DNA of 64,000 nucleotides from assembly GCA_027064045.1 (NCBI GenBank), contig JAMOQK010000080.1, forward strand, positions 4,330 through 68,329, given 5' to 3'. The translations under genes were made by a program, and so were the position numbers. Below the pieces are notes generated by a model. That model did no database searches and was not told the origin of the DNA. It was given only the letters and a program-made list of their open reading frames with translations. Shown one piece after another: positions 54,646 to 64,000 of this stretch. Source of the stretch: Sulfurimonas sp. (GTDB lineage: Bacteria; Campylobacterota; Campylobacteria; Campylobacterales; Sulfurimonadaceae). Position 1 is the first letter of the stretch. Every line of letters begins with the position of its first letter.

Positions 54646-56784
54646 ATGAGAGATAAGTATAAATTTTTAATTTTACTTTTTTTGCTTATCTCTATTTCTT
54701 TTTCTAGTGCGTACTTGTTTTTACCATCTTATTTTCATTCTCTTGACAGTAGGATAAGGGATTTTTATTTTAAGTTTAGGGGTGAAGAGAAAACATCTGA
54801 TAGTATAGTTATCATAGATATAGATGAGAAAAGTATAAAGGGACTTGGTCAATGGCCTTGGGAGAGGGATAAAATATCTAAAATATTAACTAACCTTACT
54901 AAAGATGGTGCTGGTATAATTGGTTTGGATATTGTGTTTGCAGAAGCTGATAAAACTTCTCCTAAAAGGTTAGCTAAAAGGTGGGGGATGGATGTTAAAA
55001 ATCTGCCCGATTATGATTTGATTTTAGCAAATACTATTGCTAAAACACCAACTATACTTGGTTATGTTTTTGATTTTGATAATAAAAACAACAAACAAGC
55101 ACCACAAATTCCGGCGATATTTATACAAAAACATAAACCAAAATTTGATTTTATCCCACATGCCAAAGGTGTTTTAACCAATATTAAAGTGATTCAAGAT
55201 AAGGCATATTCTAGTGGATATATGAATAATATTCCTGATGAGACAGGTATGATTAGAAGTGTTCCTCTTTTGATAGAATATGAAGGTGAAGTGTATCCCT
55301 CTTTGGCTTTTGAGATGTATCGCATAGCTGTGGGTGCAAAGAAGGTTACAGTAAATTATACTAAAGCAGGTGTAGAGTCTATACAACTAGCAAATCAATA
55401 TATAAAAAGTGATAGATTTGGTAGAATGTATCTAAATTTTAGAGGTTCATTTAAAAGTTATAAATATATCTCTGCTGTTGATATTTACAACAATGTAATT
55501 GATAAAAAAGAGATAGAGGGTAAAATTATCCTTATTGGAACTTCTGCTTATGGTTTGATGGATCTTAGATCAACACCTATGGACAGTGTGATTGCTGGAG
55601 TTGAAATACATGCAAATATGATAGATAATCTTTTGCATAACGATATGATAAGTAAACCATATTGGACTGAGATAGTTGATTTATTTATTATTATTATTAT
55701 CTCTTTTGTTGTGATCTTTATCTATTCAAGATTTAATTTAGTATCTTTAAGTGTTATTTATATCCTTTCTCTTTTCTCTTTTATATATTTAGATTACTAT
55801 ATGTTATTTGTACAACATATTATTTTGAATTCTATTTTTCCGTTGGCTTCTATGTTTTTTTCTCTTGTTGGTGTTTTAGCACTAAAATACCTGTTTGAAT
55901 TTCGTCAAAAAGAGATGGTAAAACAAAGTTTTTCTAAAAAAGTCTCAAAACAGGTTATGGATGATTTGCTTTTAAATCCTGATGCTGTTAATCTTTCTTC
56001 AAAAGAGGTTGAAGTTACCATATATTTTTCAGATATTAGAAGTTTTACAAATATATCTGAGATGCTAAAGTCTCCAAAAAGAATAACGGATTTTTTAAAC
56101 TATTATATGAATATTATGGTTAAATCTGTTGAAAAAAACAGTGGAACAATAGATAAGTTTATTGGTGATGCTATTATGGCTTATTGGAATGCACCATTAA
56201 AAGTGAAAAGCCATACAGATAAAGCAGTAAAAACTGCACTTTATCAGATATCGCAAAGAGATTTTATAAACAAAAAAATAAATGCAGATTTTGGTTTTGA
56301 TGTTGATTACGGGATAGGTATAAATACGGGGGATGTTGTTGTTGGGGAGATTGGTTCTGCTGGTAGGTCTGATTATACCATTATTGGAGATGCTGTAAAT
56401 CTTGCTTCAAGGCTAGAAGGGCTTTGTAAAGTTTATAAAGTAAGGCTTGTTGTGTCTGAATTTAGTGTTGCTAAATTAGAAGATGAATATGTGATGCAAC
56501 TTTTAGATATAGTAAGAGTTAAAGGTAAAAAAGAGCCAGTTAAAATATATGAGATTTTATCTGAAGGTGTTGCAGATGAGAAGAAGCGTTTAGAAATAGA
56601 TGAATACAATAGAGGTCATGAACTTTATGTTGGGGCTGATTTTAAAGAAGCATACGAGATATTTAGTAAATTATATAAAGATTATAGAAAGCCATTATAT
56701 GAAATATATAAAGATAGATGTGAACACCTTTTAGAAAAAGGTGTGACACAATTTAATGGTGTATTTGAATTTACTACAAAATAG
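54646..56784 (+). CDS. CHASE2-domain class III adenylate/guanylate cyclase
   Basis: IDIDEKS..GQWPWER..GLDIVF and GVEIHAN (CHASE2); three TMs; FSDIRSFT, DKFIGDAIMA, GINTG, GDAVNLASRLE and VKGK motifs. Confidence 0.92.
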   Translation: MRDKYKFLILLFLLISISFSSAYLFLPSYFHSLDSRIRDFYFKFRGEEKTSDSIVIIDIDEKSIKGLGQWPWERDKISKILTNLTKDGAGIIGLDIVFAEADKTSPKRLAKRWGMDVKNLPDYDLILANTIAKTPTILGYVFDFDNKNNKQAPQIPAIFIQKHKPKFDFIPHAKGVLTNIKVIQDKAYSSGYMNNIPDETGMIRSVPLLIEYEGEVYPSLAFEMYRIAVGAKKVTVNYTKAGVESIQLANQYIKSDRFGRMYLNFRGSFKSYKYISAVDIYNNVIDKKEIEGKIILIGTSAYGLMDLRSTPMDSVIAGVEIHANMIDNLLHNDMISKPYWTEIVDLFIIIIISFVVIFIYSRFNLVSLSVIYILSLFSFIYLDYYMLFVQHIILNSIFPLASMFFSLVGVLALKYLFEFRQKEMVKQSFSKKVSKQVMDDLLLNPDAVNLSSKEVEVTIYFSDIRSFTNISEMLKSPKRITDFLNYYMNIMVKSVEKNSGTIDKFIGDAIMAYWNAPLKVKSHTDKAVKTALYQISQRDFINKKINADFGFDVDYGIGINTGDVVVGEIGSAGRSDYTIIGDAVNLASRLEGLCKVYKVRLVVSEFSVAKLEDEYVMQLLDIVRVKGKKEPVKIYEILSEGVADEKKRLEIDEYNRGHELYVGADFKEAYEIFSKLYKDYRKPLYEIYKDRCEHLLEKGVTQFNGVFEFTTK

Positions 56785-56787
56785 GTG

Positions 56788-57531
56788 TTAAGCTTCTAGG
56801 ACGGTATTTATAGAGTATTTCATATCTTCATCAAGATTTTCCATATTTGAAAGCATCCATCTTAGGTAACCAGCATCACTTGAGGCAACTTCTTGAAGTG
56901 TTTTGCCTTTGTGCTTTCCAAATCTAAATGTTTTTATAAGAATCGGTGTATTTGTTAAATCTACCATTTTATCAACAGGATTGGCATGTGGGAATTCTGC
57001 ACTAACAGCTTCTTTTAGTTTAGTTAAAAATAGCTTTAAAACCAAAACATCGCCAATGGCATCATGTGCTTTTACCTCTATACCTAGGGTATCAGCTTCT
57101 TTTTGCTCATACTTATACAAACCCATTTTATAGCGAAAGTATTGAAGTCTGTGAGCCTCTTCTTCACTAAAAATATGTTTTGCAACTCTAAGTGTATCTA
57201 TAACTTTCATTTGAGTGTTAAAACCCTCTTTTTGTAGCATACCTAAATCAAAAGGTGCGTTGTGAATAATAATGTAGTTTTCTTGAGTATTTAACTCTTG
57301 AAGTCTTTTGTAGGCTGTTGTTTCTTGGCATGTGGGTTTGCCTTCAATCATCTCAGGAGTGATGCCATGGACTTCCATTGCTCCAAAACTGATTGGTATG
57401 TCAGATGAACAAAATTCATTATGAACTTCTACCTCTTTTGTTCCTAAAACTATAAAACCTAACTGGATTATTCTATCATTTTCGTTTGTTCCTGTTGTCT
57501 CAGTATCTAAAATTATATATCTTTTTGCCAA
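56788..57531 (-). CDS. DEDDh 3'-5' exonuclease (exonuclease X-like)
   Basis: LDTETTG, HNAPFD and AHDAIGD motifs; C-terminal FGKHKG...YLRW domain. Confidence 0.88.
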   Translation of the reverse strand: MAKRYIILDTETTGTNENDRIIQLGFIVLGTKEVEVHNEFCSSDIPISFGAMEVHGITPEMIEGKPTCQETTAYKRLQELNTQENYIIIHNAPFDLGMLQKEGFNTQMKVIDTLRVAKHIFSEEEAHRLQYFRYKMGLYKYEQKEADTLGIEVKAHDAIGDVLVLKLFLTKLKEAVSAEFPHANPVDKMVDLTNTPILIKTFRFGKHKGKTLQEVASSDAGYLRWMLSNMENLDEDMKYSINTVLEA

Positions 57532-57540
57532 ATTTCGCCT

Positions 57541-57927
57541 TTAGTTTGTTAAAAATGAGTCTAACATATATTTATGTTCAGCATGTAAAAACTCTTCACT
57601 TAGTTCAATCTCTAATATGTTTTTATTTATTTTATATTTGCAAAATATTACAAGTCTTAGTGGATAAACTTTCCCAAAAAATTTAAAATTTTTTACAGCT
57701 AAAGGTTCATTTAACTCATCTAAAAGTTTATGGATTTTTTCTTGTGTTTCTTTATTTGAGTGTAAGTGTAAAAGAGTCGTAATGGAAGTCAATTTAATCT
57801 CTAAGTAAAGATTATTTCCATCTGTTAAGTGGGTAAAGTAGATAGCACGAGCAAGTTTAAGTGCATCCGCTGAAAAAGGTTCGGTTAATAATTTTTGTTT
57901 AATAATTTTCATGTCGGAGTGTATCAA
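57541..57927 (-). CDS. hypothetical protein, possibly a Rep_3-type winged-helix fragment
   Basis: 128 aa; ILEIELSEEF and the helix pattern loosely recall the plasmid Rep_3 WH1 domain. Confidence 0.4.
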   Translation of the reverse strand: MIHSDMKIIKQKLLTEPFSADALKLARAIYFTHLTDGNNLYLEIKLTSITTLLHLHSNKETQEKIHKLLDELNEPLAVKNFKFFGKVYPLRLVIFCKYKINKNILEIELSEEFLHAEHKYMLDSFLTN

Positions 57928-57951
57928 AGATGTAATTAAAAGTGTATAAAA

Positions 57952-59307
57952 TCATCTTTTACTTCTAAATCTGACTTTAAAATCTTTAGAACTATTAGCT
58001 TCAATCGTTATATTAAAAGTCACCATATTACCTTTTGTAAATTTATATGTTTTTTTTGTTTTTATGCTACTTAATGAATTTTTATTAAAAGGTATAAGAA
58101 GTTGAATTGTCTTTGTTTCTTGAGAACTGTTTTTTATAGTATATTTTATGGTCTCGTCGTTGTAGAGTTTGGTGTCATCTCTTTTTAAAATGGTTTCTGT
58201 TACTTTTAAATCAAAATTCTTACCGAGTTTTATATCTATTGGTGTGTTTTTTGGGGTATGATTAATAGTTGTTTCACCTAGCAGTATATTTATTTTTTTA
58301 AGTTTTGAATAAGTTCTGACAATCCCTTTGGGGAGTGCAAAAGCTATGCCTTTAAAATGTATATATTGTATTATGCTGTGTTTTATCTTTCCATGAAGAT
58401 ATTTTGGTCGAGATAATGTTGCGGTGTATTTTCTTTTGATTGGAATATTTTTTTTATCAATGTATTTGATTTGGGTTGTCTCGTTATTTGTTATGTTTAC
58501 TTTAAAAGGTATGGTATAGAAATGGTATCCTTCATATGCTTGTTGGGATACTTTATTGGCACTATCTAGCATCATTGATTTTGCAACTCTGTATATATTT
58601 CTTGGTTGTTGAGGATGGTTTATCTCCCCTGCTAAAACATATAATTTTGTATTTATAAACTTTTTACCTGAAGAATTTTTTATAGATACATATCCGTTAA
58701 GGTGTGCTTTGTTGCCTTTTATATTTAAAATATAGTTACCTTCCCAACCAATATTTTTGATGATATAATCAATACTCATTTTGGAATTTAGTGACTTTTT
58801 AGCAGATATATTCCAAACTAAGGATGGTTTTGTGATGAGTTGAGTTGGGATGGTTTTAAATATGATATTTTGATTTTCTATAGATAATATTTCATCATTT
58901 TTTGTTTTTACAATCGAATAAGAAGAGTTGTTTGAAAGTAATGTAGCTTTGATTTTTATGAAATTTCTTGTGTCTTTTTTGATTTTTACAATAACCTCTT
59001 TACCTATATGAGCATCTAAAAGTTTTTCTCTTGATAGTTTATCAAAGCGATATTGTTGCGAATATAATGTGATAGAATTTGGTAGATTTACATTTACAGA
59101 GTCAGTATCTATCGTTTTTGCTACACCTTTATATATAATCTCTTTATCATTTTTATCGAGTATTAAATCTCTTTGTTCATGCACAAGTGCAATATTACCA
59201 TTATAAACTATGAGAGAATTATTTTGTACCTTTTCCCCTAATTTTGCTGCAAAAGCTGTATTTATAATTAAAAACATAGATAAAGTGACTAGTAATTTTT
59301 TTTTCAT
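57952..59307 (-). CDS. secreted DUF4139-like protein
   Basis: Signal peptide; LIVYNGNIALVHEQR, KPSLVW, LAGE and HTPK..DIKLG patterns. Confidence 0.65.
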   Translation of the reverse strand: MKKKLLVTLSMFLIINTAFAAKLGEKVQNNSLIVYNGNIALVHEQRDLILDKNDKEIIYKGVAKTIDTDSVNVNLPNSITLYSQQYRFDKLSREKLLDAHIGKEVIVKIKKDTRNFIKIKATLLSNNSSYSIVKTKNDEILSIENQNIIFKTIPTQLITKPSLVWNISAKKSLNSKMSIDYIIKNIGWEGNYILNIKGNKAHLNGYVSIKNSSGKKFINTKLYVLAGEINHPQQPRNIYRVAKSMMLDSANKVSQQAYEGYHFYTIPFKVNITNNETTQIKYIDKKNIPIKRKYTATLSRPKYLHGKIKHSIIQYIHFKGIAFALPKGIVRTYSKLKKINILLGETTINHTPKNTPIDIKLGKNFDLKVTETILKRDDTKLYNDETIKYTIKNSSQETKTIQLLIPFNKNSLSSIKTKKTYKFTKGNMVTFNITIEANSSKDFKVRFRSKR

Positions 59308-59362
59308 AATAAACTCCCATTAATATATGTTACACTTATAAAAAAAATACAAGGTAACTAAT

Positions 59363-60811
59363 ATGAAAAAAAGAACGAAGATTTTAGCAACGATTGGACC
59401 TGCATCTGAATCATTAGAGATGTTGGAAAAATTGATGAGAGCTGGTGTGAATGTATTTAGATTAAATTTTTCACATGGCACACATGAATATCATTATGAA
59501 GTGCTTCAGAGGATTAGAAAAGCTGAAAAAAATACAGGTTTACTTGTTGGGGTACTTCAAGATATAAGTGGTCCTAAAATTCGTGTTGGTAAATTAGAAA
59601 AACCTTTTAAGCTTGAAAAAGATGATATTATAGAATTTGTAAAAAATGAGATGGTTGGTTATCAAAAAGATGAAAAAACATATGTTACCTGCATAAATCA
59701 ACCAACCATTTTAACGCAACTTAAAGTGGGAGAAAATATTTATCTTTGTGATGGGATGATCTGTACGGAAGTTATTGAACATGAAAATGATGTGGTAAAA
59801 GTAAAAGTTAAAAATCCAGGTATATTGTCATCTAAAAAAGGTGTAAATTTTCCAAATACATGTTTAGGTATAGATGTGCTAACTAAAAAAGATAGAAACG
59901 ATATGCTTTGGGGAATAAAAAATAGTGTTGATTTTATGGCTATATCTTTTGTTCAAAATGCTAACGATATGATAAACGCTCGTAAAATCATAACAGATAA
60001 TGATGCTAAGATACAACTTTTTGCAAAGATAGAAAAATTTGATGCTATTGAAAATATAGATGCTATTATAGAAGCTAGTGATGGGATTATGGTGGCTCGT
60101 GGTGACTTGGGTATTGAAGTTCCATATTATGAAGTTCCATCGTTACAAAAAATGCTTATCAATAAAACAAACCAAGCGGCAAAACCAGTTATAACAGCTA
60201 CTCAGATGTTACTTTCTATGATGACAAGTGATAGAGCGACAAGAGCAGAGATAAGTGATGTTGCGAATGCAGTTTTAGATGGAACAGATGCAGTTATGTT
60301 GTCTGAAGAGAGTGCAGTTGGACATGATCCTGTTTTGGCGGTGAAAACTATGGTTAAAACTATTCAGGGTGCTGAAAAAATTTATCCGTATAATAAATGT
60401 TCAGAGTTTAGAGTTCTTGATGCAACAGATAGTATAAATGAAGTTGCGGTTAGACTTTGTGAAGATATAGATGCATGGGGTATGATTTCGCTTTCTAAAA
60501 CAGGTTCAGCAGTTAAAAAACTTTCCCGTTATCGTCCTCGTAGAGATATTTATGCAGTTTCACATGATGAAAGAGTTTCTAGGTCTTTAACAATTTGCTG
60601 GGGTGTTGTTCCTGCCTTTACTGTTGAAGAGAATTCTATTGGTCAGGTTCTTAGAGAAGTTATGCAAGAGGGACTTAGGGAAAATTCTTTAAAACTTGAT
60701 AAAAGTTATGTACTGACAGCTGGAGATCCTATTGGTGTTGAAGGATCCACAAATATGATTAGAATACTTAGAGAATATGAGATGAAATTTTTTGCTTCTC
60801 TTAAAAAATAA
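59363..60811 (+). CDS. pyk: pyruvate kinase
   Basis: TKILATIGPAS, RLNFSHG, KIEK, MVARGDLG, TATQML and TRAEISDVANA motifs. Confidence 0.97.
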   Translation: MKKRTKILATIGPASESLEMLEKLMRAGVNVFRLNFSHGTHEYHYEVLQRIRKAEKNTGLLVGVLQDISGPKIRVGKLEKPFKLEKDDIIEFVKNEMVGYQKDEKTYVTCINQPTILTQLKVGENIYLCDGMICTEVIEHENDVVKVKVKNPGILSSKKGVNFPNTCLGIDVLTKKDRNDMLWGIKNSVDFMAISFVQNANDMINARKIITDNDAKIQLFAKIEKFDAIENIDAIIEASDGIMVARGDLGIEVPYYEVPSLQKMLINKTNQAAKPVITATQMLLSMMTSDRATRAEISDVANAVLDGTDAVMLSEESAVGHDPVLAVKTMVKTIQGAEKIYPYNKCSEFRVLDATDSINEVAVRLCEDIDAWGMISLSKTGSAVKKLSRYRPRRDIYAVSHDERVSRSLTICWGVVPAFTVEENSIGQVLREVMQEGLRENSLKLDKSYVLTAGDPIGVEGSTNMIRILREYEMKFFASLKK

Positions 60812-60815
60812 AATT

Positions 60816-62141
60816 TTATTTTGCGATATATCTTAGCCAGATATACCCAAATAAACCTGCAAAGAGGGAAGCGAAAAGTATTCCTATCTTAGCTTGAAAT
60901 ATGAGTGCCTCATTACCTACAAATGCTAAATCAGCAACAAAAATACTCATAGTGAAACCTATACCACCTAAAAATGCAACACCAAAAAGTTGACTCATGC
61001 TACTATCTTGCGGGAGTTTGGCGATACCTAATTTTATGGCTATAAAAGATGTACCTGCAATACCTATTACTTTGCCTAAAATAAGTCCTGAAATAACACC
61101 TAATGAGATATTTTGAAATATTGTATCTCCTATGGATGAAAAATTTATGGCTATACCAGCATTTGCTAGTGCAAAAATGGGAATTATAAATAAACTTACA
61201 GGTAGGTGAAGTACATGTTCAAGCCTAGCAGAAGGTGAGTTTACGGAGTCTATTCTATCTTGAATATTTAGTAATATTGCTTTTTGTTTTTCGTGCATTG
61301 TATGGTCGGTTGCAACAGGGTAGTTATCATATTCATCTAGTAGATTTTTTGTGTGTGCTGTAAAGTCAACAGGTGTGCATTTTGGTTTGGATGGTATGCT
61401 CATGGCAGCTATAACACCTGCTATGGTAGCATGTATGCCAGATTCAAGCATGAAAAACCACATTCCTATACCTATGATAAAGTATGGTAAAACAGCATGA
61501 ATCCCAAAACGGTTAAATGCAATCATAATTAAAAATGAGATACCAGCTAAGGCGAGTGGCAGCATATGAATCTCTTGTGTATAAAAAAATGCTATTACTA
61601 AAACAGCACCTAAATCATCAACTATTGCAAGAGCTACTAAAAATGTAACAAGGGCAGGGGACACTCGTTTTCCTAAAAGCACTAAAGCACTGATTGCAAA
61701 GGCTATATCTGTTGCCATTGGTATTCCCCAACCACTCGCTCCAGCAGAATCTTTATTGATAAAAGCATAAATTAGTGCAGGCATAATCATCCCACCAATA
61801 GCTGCCAGTATAGGGAGGATAGCAACCTTTATGTTTGAGAGTTCCCCTACTAAAATTTCTCTTTTTATCTCCAATCCAACCATAAAAAAGAAGATAGCCA
61901 TTAACCCATCATTTATCCAGTGATGGAGTGTATGAGATAATCCCCATGAGCCTACATTAAAATCTATTTTAGTGTGAAAAATATGGCTATATACCTCTGC
62001 AAATGGTGAATTTGCAAGTATAAGAGCAATTACAGTCATACCCATCAAGATTAGACCACTGGTTGTTTGTGCATGTAAAAACTGTTCAAATGGGGTAGAG
62101 ACTTTTTTAAATGCCTTTTCCCACGGTGCATATATTTTCAT
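60816..62141 (-). CDS. nhaA: Na+/H+ antiporter NhaA
   Basis: WINDGLMAIFF, GWGIPMATDIAF, LAIVDDLG and GIGFTMSIF motifs. Confidence 0.96.
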   Translation of the reverse strand: MKIYAPWEKAFKKVSTPFEQFLHAQTTSGLILMGMTVIALILANSPFAEVYSHIFHTKIDFNVGSWGLSHTLHHWINDGLMAIFFFMVGLEIKREILVGELSNIKVAILPILAAIGGMIMPALIYAFINKDSAGASGWGIPMATDIAFAISALVLLGKRVSPALVTFLVALAIVDDLGAVLVIAFFYTQEIHMLPLALAGISFLIMIAFNRFGIHAVLPYFIIGIGMWFFMLESGIHATIAGVIAAMSIPSKPKCTPVDFTAHTKNLLDEYDNYPVATDHTMHEKQKAILLNIQDRIDSVNSPSARLEHVLHLPVSLFIIPIFALANAGIAINFSSIGDTIFQNISLGVISGLILGKVIGIAGTSFIAIKLGIAKLPQDSSMSQLFGVAFLGGIGFTMSIFVADLAFVGNEALIFQAKIGILFASLFAGLFGYIWLRYIAK

Positions 62142-62155
62142 ATTTATTGTTGCCT

Positions 62156-63403
62156 TTATGGTTGCATTATTACTTGATTTCTACCATTTTGTTTAGCTTT
62201 ATATAGCATCATATCTGCTTGATTTATAGCTTCATCAAGACCATCTTCTTCATTATAAATTGTGGCACCTATGGAAACGGTAAAGTTTATAGTTTCCTTT
62301 TTGTGTGTTATTATAGTTGTTGTTTCTATCTCAGCTCTTAATCTTTCTAAAATTGCTAAGGCATTAGCTTGGTCTATATCTTTAAGAACTATACAAAATT
62401 CTTCCCCTCCAAATCTAGAGACTAAATCACGATGGTTTGTGTTTGTTCTTAAGATTTCAGAAAGTTGTACGATTACTTCATCCCCAGTATCATGTCCGTA
62501 TGTGTCATTTACCTTTTTAAAGAAATCTATATCAATCATAGCAACAGCAAATTTTTCATCATTTTCATTATTTTCAATATATTCATGCATATTTTCAAAA
62601 AAGTATCTACGATTATAAAGACCAGTTAAAAAATCTCGATTAGCATGGTTTGTAATGAGTTGGATATTTTCTAAAGCCTCGATAGAATTATTTACTCTAC
62701 AAGAAAATTCCTCTTTTGAAAACGGTTTATTTATGTAATCGTTGGCTCCCTCTTTTAAAAAGAGTGCATTTACCTCATCTTCGTTGTTTGAAGATATAGC
62801 TATAACACATAGATCGTTCTTATTATGCTTTTTTCTGACTTCGTGAACCAATTCAAGACCATTCATAACTGGCATATTGTAATCTGTTATAATCAAACTT
62901 ATATCTTGATGTGTTTGTAGCATATTTAACGCTTCTTCCCCGTGTGCAACACTATAAACTTTAAAAAACAAGTTTTCTAAAAGACCACTCATCTGTTTTC
63001 TAAAAACCATAGAATCATCAACAACTAATACTTTATGTTCTTTGTTTTTTTCTAATCTTTGGAGAGTTTGGATAATATATTTTATATCATCTACTCCACT
63101 TTTATTTACATAATCTATGATGTTTTTTTGAAGCATCTTTTTTCTGAAATCTTTATCTATATTTGCACTTAAAACAATGACAGGTTGTTTTTTACTAAGA
63201 ACATAGTCAACAACTTCCCCATTTGGTGCATCTGGTAGATTTATATCTAAAAGAGTTACAAAATAATTGTATTTTTTTAAAAATAGCTTTGCTTCGGAAA
63301 GTTTGTATGCCACATCTACTTCATACGGAAGTGACGCTTGTATCTTTTTAGCTATAAGTTTTGATAGTGTCTGGTTGTCTTCAACTATGAGTATTCTGTC
63401 CAT
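62156..63403 (-). CDS. diguanylate cyclase with two receiver domains (CbrR/PleD-like)
   Basis: Two receiver domains (LLDINLP, ITDYNMP); DFLTGLYNRR, DIDFFKKVND and RFGGEEF motifs. Confidence 0.92.
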   Translation of the reverse strand: MDRILIVEDNQTLSKLIAKKIQASLPYEVDVAYKLSEAKLFLKKYNYFVTLLDINLPDAPNGEVVDYVLSKKQPVIVLSANIDKDFRKKMLQKNIIDYVNKSGVDDIKYIIQTLQRLEKNKEHKVLVVDDSMVFRKQMSGLLENLFFKVYSVAHGEEALNMLQTHQDISLIITDYNMPVMNGLELVHEVRKKHNKNDLCVIAISSNNEDEVNALFLKEGANDYINKPFSKEEFSCRVNNSIEALENIQLITNHANRDFLTGLYNRRYFFENMHEYIENNENDEKFAVAMIDIDFFKKVNDTYGHDTGDEVIVQLSEILRTNTNHRDLVSRFGGEEFCIVLKDIDQANALAILERLRAEIETTTIITHKKETINFTVSIGATIYNEEDGLDEAINQADMMLYKAKQNGRNQVIMQP

Positions 63404-63489
63404 AAAAAATCCATTTCTTTATAATTTAATAATACACGATTATACAATGTTTTGTATTTTATTGGTATTATAATTGCTCTTTATATAGC

Positions 63490-64000
63490 ATGAATTATTT
63501 AGATGTAACTATTGATAAGCTAAAATCAAAACAAAATGTTTTTTTAACCGGTGGAGCTGGTGTTGGTAAAACTACAATTACAAATAAAATTATAGAATTA
63601 TATGAACAAGATGCAAAAAAAGTTGCAAAACTTGCTTCAACTGGGATGGCTGCTACACTAATAGGTGGACAAACACTGCATAGTTTTTTGGATTTAGGTA
63701 TATCATCTTCTTTGGATGAGCTTGAAAAAAATGGTAAATTTGAGATAAAAAAGAAGATAAAAAAGCTTATATCTAGCATGGATTTAGTTGTTATAGATGA
63801 AATTTCTATGGTAAGTGATGAACTTTTTGAAATGATAAGGCTTAGACTTGATCAAGCAGACTTTCAAGGTTCACTTCTTGTTGTGGGAGACTTTTTACAA
63901 CTTCCACCTGTTGTTAGAGGTTGTGGAGAGGTTAGGTTCGCTTTTGAATCTAATGCTTGGGATGAATTTGAATTTTTTAGAATAGAACTGACACATATAT
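63490..64000 (+). CDS. Pif1-family DNA helicase, 5' part; runs off the window end
   Basis: Manual translation: MNYLDVTIDKLKSKQNVFLTGGAGVGKT...LASTGMAATLIGGQTLHSF...IDEISMVS...VGDFLQLPPV. Confidence 0.88.
   Translation, partial: MNYLDVTIDKLKSKQNVFLTGGAGVGKTTITNKIIELYEQDAKKVAKLASTGMAATLIGGQTLHSFLDLGISSSLDELEKNGKFEIKKKIKKLISSMDLVVIDEISMVSDELFEMIRLRLDQADFQGSLLVVGDFLQLPPVVRGCGEVRFAFESNAWDEFEFFRIELTHI

Noticed and set aside
2399-57335. TGGCATG as a sigma-54 -24 element
   Set aside because: The copies checked lack GC at the required GG-N10-GC spacing, and nearly all are intragenic in arbitrary orientation.
1717-63779. Many 60-250 aa ORFs antisense to or out of frame within housekeeping genes (e.g. 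3057..3521, 14556..15296, 62262..62618, 63495..63779)
   Set aside because: They lie within or largely overlap well-supported genes and show the Ser/Ile/Phe-rich composition of antisense shadows.

Overview
An AT-rich (roughly 30% GC by eye) chromosomal segment from a Campylobacterota bacterium. Gene content and order are most like Sulfurimonas or a relative. It is mostly housekeeping: partial pseB, tmRNA, two tRNA-Phe, murD-mraY, gpmI-fabG-acpP-fabF-accA, trpF-rpe, rpmB, argJ, pnp, lptD, purD with the 6S (purD-motif) RNA, hemD, guaA, nhaD, nadB, uvrC, a PAS/Hpt/NIT-kinase phosphorelay, miaA, mqnP, ftsW-murG, rpsB-tsf, fliR, gmk-tatA-argS, pyk, nhaA, a GGDEF regulator and a partial Pif1 helicase. 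I saw no CRISPR array, IS element or prophage. Four things stand out. (1) The non-palindromic 10-mer TGGCATGTGG/CCACATGCCA occurs at least 24 times exactly, almost all inside genes and in all six reading frames. This is the pattern expected of a DNA-uptake-sequence-like or Chi-like genomic signal. (2) A probable BECR-fold nuclease domain is fused in frame to HemD just after guaA. Its 3' end encodes a GC-rich three-way-junction RNA with kissing loops, and an antisense extended -10 promoter points into it. (3) A Slam/T11SS-like barrel, a FecR-TbpB-barrel protein and a CHASE2 adenylate cyclase form one cassette. (4) A small REP-like palindrome family (AAGTACGG..CCGTACTT) is present. All annotations come from motif recognition by eye; no database search was run.
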